Of a stretch of 39,645 nucleotides of DNA, positions 36,268 through 39,645 are shown piece after piece (position 1 is the first letter of the stretch; every line of letters begins with the position of its first letter). The position numbers and the translations under genes were made by a program. This stretch comes from Bdellovibrionota bacterium (GTDB lineage: Bacteria; Bdellovibrionota_C; UBA2361; OMII01). The notes under the pieces were generated by a model. That model was given only the letters and a program-made list of their open reading frames with translations, searched no databases and had not been told where the DNA came from. The stretch covers positions 1 to 39,645 of the forward strand of contig JBIJBE010000036.1 in the NCBI GenBank assembly GCA_044345405.1, read 5' to 3'.

Positions 36268-39195
36268 ATGTTGGCAGAGAAGATGAACCAGGATGTTGAA
36301 AAGAGCGCAGTAAAGGCAAGAACCGGCTTCGGAGCTTCCGAGTTCCCGCAACGCCACATCGGTCCGAACGCCGATGAGGTGCGCGCGATGATCGCGACCC
36401 TCGGAAAAAAGACCCTCGATGAGGTTATTCACGATGTCGTTCCGCCGTCTGTGCGACGCGCCAAGCCCCTCTCGCTCTCCCGCTTTCCGGTTGCCCTCTC
36501 TGAGTACGAGGCGCTTGAGCGTCTCAAAGGTGTCGCGTCAAAGAACACGATCGCTCGCTCGTTCATCGGTATGGGGTACTACGACTGCATCACTCCCCCG
36601 GTCATTCAACGTAACATCCTTGAGAACCCAGGATGGTATACGCAGTACACACCGTACCAAGCGGAGATCGCGCAAGGGCGCTTAGAGGCGCTCCTTAACT
36701 ACCAGACGATGGTGATGGACCTCACCGGCATGCAGATCTCAAACGCCTCGCTCCTCGATGAGGGAACAGCCGCGGCGGAAGCGATGGCGATGTCGATTGC
36801 GGTAACATCCAAGGCGAAGGGCGAAAGCGCCGTTCACGAATACCTCGTTTCTGATTCCGTTCATCCGCAGACCCTCGCTGTTGTGGCGACCCGCGCTGAG
36901 GCGCTTGGTGTGAAGGTAACGGTCGCTTCACCAGACAAGTTCCAATTCTCGGCTGATACCGTAGGGTGTCTCGTACAGTATCCTGATACGTTCGGTGAGA
37001 TCGGAGATCTTTCGGGCTTATGCGCCAAGGCGCACGAAGCGGGAGTACTCGTGTGTGTCGCAACCGATCTTCTCGCGCTCACAGTTCTCACGCCTCCAGG
37101 AAAGCAGGGCGCTGATATCGTCGTTGGTTCCGCGCAGCGATTCGGTGTGCCGATGGGCTTCGGTGGTCCACACGCCGCGTTCTTCGCGACCAAAGATGAA
37201 TACAAGCGCAGCATGCCGGGACGTCTTATCGGCGTTTCCAAGGATTCCTCGGGGAAGCCAGCGCTTCGTCTCTCGCTGCAGACCCGCGAACAACATATCC
37301 GTCGTGAGAAAGCGACGAGCAACATCTGTACAGCGCAGGTGCTCCTCGCCGTTATGGCGAGCATGTACGCGGTGTATAACGGGCCAAAGGGTGTGCGAAA
37401 GATCGCTGAGCGCGTTCACTCGCTGACATCGGCGTTTGTGTCGTTGTGCGCGAAGGGGGGATTGAAGGTCACTAACTCCTCGTTCTTTGACACCGTTGTC
37501 GTTGAGGTCGGCGCGAAAAAGGCGCAGGCGCTCGCTGAGGCGGCAGAGGCGCAAGGCATTCTCGTTCGAGTCGTTTCGGATTCGCGGGTGGGTGTGAGCT
37601 TCGATGAAGGGAAGGGGATCGATGATCTCCTTGCCGTCGCCACCGCGCTCGGGCTCAAGGTAACGAGAGCCGAGTGTGAAGCCGCTGTTTCAGGCGCTCA
37701 ATCGCACATTCCAGCATCCCTCAAGCGTGAGGTTGATTACCTTCAGCATCCGGTCTTTAACAGCTATCACTCAGAGACCGAGTTCCTTCGGTACGTGCGA
37801 AAGCTTGAGTCTCGCGATCTGTCCCTTGGCTTCTCGATGATCCCGCTTGGATCATGCACGATGAAGTTGAACGCGACCTCAGAGATGCTTCCGGTCACGT
37901 GGCCAGAGTTCGGCGCACTTCATCCATTCGCTCCAGCGCGTCACCGCGCTGGGTACGAAGAGATGTTCACCGACCTCGAGCGCTCGTTGTGTGAGATCAC
38001 CGGATTTGATGGATGCTCGCTGCAGCCAAACGCTGGATCGCAAGGTGAGTACGCGGGACTTGTTGTTATTCGGGCGTATCACGCGAGCCGAAACGATTCG
38101 AAGCGCACGATCTGTTTAATTCCGAAATCAGCGCATGGAACGAATCCAGCGAGCGCTGTGATGGCGGGAATGGAGGTTGTGACCGTGGCGTGTGACGCGC
38201 ACGGGAACGTGGATCTCGTTGACCTTGAGGCGAAGGCAGAGGCTCACAAGGATACCCTCGCCGCGCTCATGGTTACCTATCCATCGACACACGGAGTGTT
38301 TGAGGAAGGTATTAAGAAGGCGTGTGAGATCATTCACTCCCGTGGTGGTCAGGTGTACATGGACGGCGCGAACTTGAACGCGCTCGTGGGAGTCTCGGCT
38401 CCGGGCGAGTTCGGCGCTGATGTGTGCCACATCAACCTTCACAAAACCTTCTGTATCCCACACGGTGGTGGTGGGCCAGGAATGGGACCGATCTGTTGCG
38501 CGAAGCACCTGACGCCGTTCCTTCCAAACCATCCAGTTGTGGAAATTGGGCATAAGCATGGTGTAGGCCCGATCTCGGCGGCTCCATGGGGTTCGGCGAG
38601 CATTTTGCCTATCTCGTGGATGTATATGGCGATGATGGGAGGGGACGGACTCACTGAGGCGACCAAGATAGCGATCCTCTCCGCGAACTACATCGCGCAT
38701 GAATTAGAGAACGATTATCCGGTTCTCTACCGTGGGTCAGCCGGCCTCGTCGCGCACGAGTGCATCTTGAACCTGAACGCCTTAAAGACTGAGGCGGGGA
38801 TTGAGGTAGAGGATGTCGCGAAACGCCTGATGGATTACGGCTTCCACGCCCCAACCGTGTCGTGGCCAGTAGCGGGCACACTGATGGTTGAGCCGACGGA
38901 GAGTGAGTCAAAGGCGGAGCTCGATAGATTTATCACCGCGCTCAAGATGATCCGTGAAGAGGTTCGCAAGATCGCGAAGGGTGAGTTCGATAAGACGAAC
39001 AATCCACTCAAGCAGTCACCACACACCACAGCGGTCGTCGTCAGCGACACCTGGGATCGCCCTTACTCACGCGAGCTTGCGGCGTTCCCCGCTCCATGGA
39101 CCAAAGAGAACAAGTTCTGGCCAGCCGTCGGACGCATCGACGGCGTGTATGGCGACAGGAACCTGTTTTGTTCGTGTGATGCGTTGAGTAAGTAG
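36268..39195 (+). CDS. gcvP: Glycine dehydrogenase (decarboxylating), single-chain P protein
   Basis: '[14 protein letters not shown]', '[12 protein letters not shown]', '[10 protein letters not shown]' and the PLP-Lys motif 'NLHKTF'. Confidence 0.98.
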   Translation: MLAEKMNQDVEKSAVKARTGFGASEFPQRHIGPNADEVRAMIATLGKKTLDEVIHDVVPPSVRRAKPLSLSRFPVALSEYEALERLKGVASKNTIARSFIGMGYYDCITPPVIQRNILENPGWYTQYTPYQAEIAQGRLEALLNYQTMVMDLTGMQISNASLLDEGTAAAEAMAMSIAVTSKAKGESAVHEYLVSDSVHPQTLAVVATRAEALGVKVTVASPDKFQFSADTVGCLVQYPDTFGEIGDLSGLCAKAHEAGVLVCVATDLLALTVLTPPGKQGADIVVGSAQRFGVPMGFGGPHAAFFATKDEYKRSMPGRLIGVSKDSSGKPALRLSLQTREQHIRREKATSNICTAQVLLAVMASMYAVYNGPKGVRKIAERVHSLTSAFVSLCAKGGLKVTNSSFFDTVVVEVGAKKAQALAEAAEAQGILVRVVSDSRVGVSFDEGKGIDDLLAVATALGLKVTRAECEAAVSGAQSHIPASLKREVDYLQHPVFNSYHSETEFLRYVRKLESRDLSLGFSMIPLGSCTMKLNATSEMLPVTWPEFGALHPFAPARHRAGYEEMFTDLERSLCEITGFDGCSLQPNAGSQGEYAGLVVIRAYHASRNDSKRTICLIPKSAHGTNPASAVMAGMEVVTVACDAHGNVDLVDLEAKAEAHKDTLAALMVTYPSTHGVFEEGIKKACEIIHSRGGQVYMDGANLNALVGVSAPGEFGADVCHINLHKTFCIPHGGGGPGMGPICCAKHLTPFLPNHPVVEIGHKHGVGPISAAPWGSASILPISWMYMAMMGGDGLTEATKIAILSANYIAHELENDYPVLYRGSAGLVAHECILNLNALKTEAGIEVEDVAKRLMDYGFHAPTVSWPVAGTLMVEPTESESKAELDRFITALKMIREEVRKIAKGEFDKTNNPLKQSPHTTAVVVSDTWDRPYSRELAAFPAPWTKENKFWPAVGRIDGVYGDRNLFCSCDALSK

Positions 39196-39240
39196 GCGCC
39201 GAAAAACATTCGTCCATGCCCCGGTGCGCCCCGTGACATC

Positions 39241-39645
39241 GGAGGGCGCGCATTCCTGCGCGCCGTGTGTTCGCGTTCTGCGATAGGCGTCTGCGATTCG
39301 AAATATTCTGGCGACCAGGAATGGTCGCCCTCCGGTTGTGCGGGTCGTGACATCGGAGGGCGCGCATTCCTGCGCGCCATGTGTTCGCGTTCTGCGATAG
39401 GCGTCTGCGATTCGAAATATTCTGGCGACCAGGAATGGTCGCCCTCCGGTTGCGGGACTCGTAACATCGGAGGGCGCGCATTCCTGCGCGCCGTGTGTTC
39501 GCGTTCTGCGATAGGCGTCTGCGATTCGAAATATTCTGGCGACCAGGAATGGTCGCCCTCCGGTTGTGCGGGTCGTAACATCGGAGGGCGCGCATTCCTG
39601 CGCGCCATGTGTTCGCGTTCTGCGATAGGCGTCTGCGATTCGCAA
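39241..39645. repeat. BIME-like REP array, 114-bp period (4 REP + 3 inverted REP), truncated by the window end
   Basis: GGAGGGCGCGCATTCCTGCGCGCC at 39241, 39355, 39469 and 39583; inverted GGAGGGCGACCATTCCTGGTCGCC at 39310, 39424 and 39538. Confidence 0.92.

Noticed and set aside
28384-39645. The three repeat arrays as CRISPR arrays
   Set aside because: Units alternate in orientation, the intervening sequences are near-identical within arrays rather than unique spacers, and no cas genes are present.
39041-39645. Repetitive ORFs open in all three minus frames (181-192 aa)
   Set aside because: An artefact of a GC-rich 114-bp (38-codon) DNA repeat; the ORFs overlap the gcvP 3' end antisense, and conservation is at the hairpin level rather than the codon level.

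Overview
A roughly 40 kb chromosomal segment from a moderately GC-rich Gram-negative bacterium; the exact lineage cannot be determined from this window. The left two-thirds is accessory, envelope and stress material: an AI-2E permease, GlsB/YeaQ, DUF2231 and a small basic protein; a czcCBA heavy-metal RND efflux operon; a decayed mpg (3-methyladenine glycosylase) remnant missed by the ORF track; an alpha/beta-hydrolase lipoprotein + DUF4105 (Lnb-N-like) + cardiolipin synthase operon; a clan-A glycoside hydrolase; a PqaA-like hydrolase; small lipoproteins; a VOC protein; a small acidic ORF coupled to an HExxH zincin; an incomplete livHMG transporter; a secreted DxCGxC-repeat protein; a divergent SAMHD1-like HD protein; and a Cys/His-rich metallothionein-like lipoprotein. 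The right third is core genes: polA, an orphan zf-HC2 anti-sigma factor, an orphan OmpR-type regulator, rplU-rpmA-obgE, ald and folD-gcvT-gcvH-gcvP. Non-coding highlights are three BIME-like arrays (28.4, 32.2 and 39.2 kb) of a GGAG-tailed REP-like hairpin whose stem occurs in five fully compensated variants around an invariant TTCC loop; three sigma70-type promoters placed so that the start codon is at +1 (leaderless polA, livH and VOC genes); a Pho-box-like 11-bp direct-repeat array; and a long structured rplU leader. No rRNA, tRNA, CRISPR array, integrase or transposase was seen. All family assignments come from motif recognition by eye; no database searches were run.
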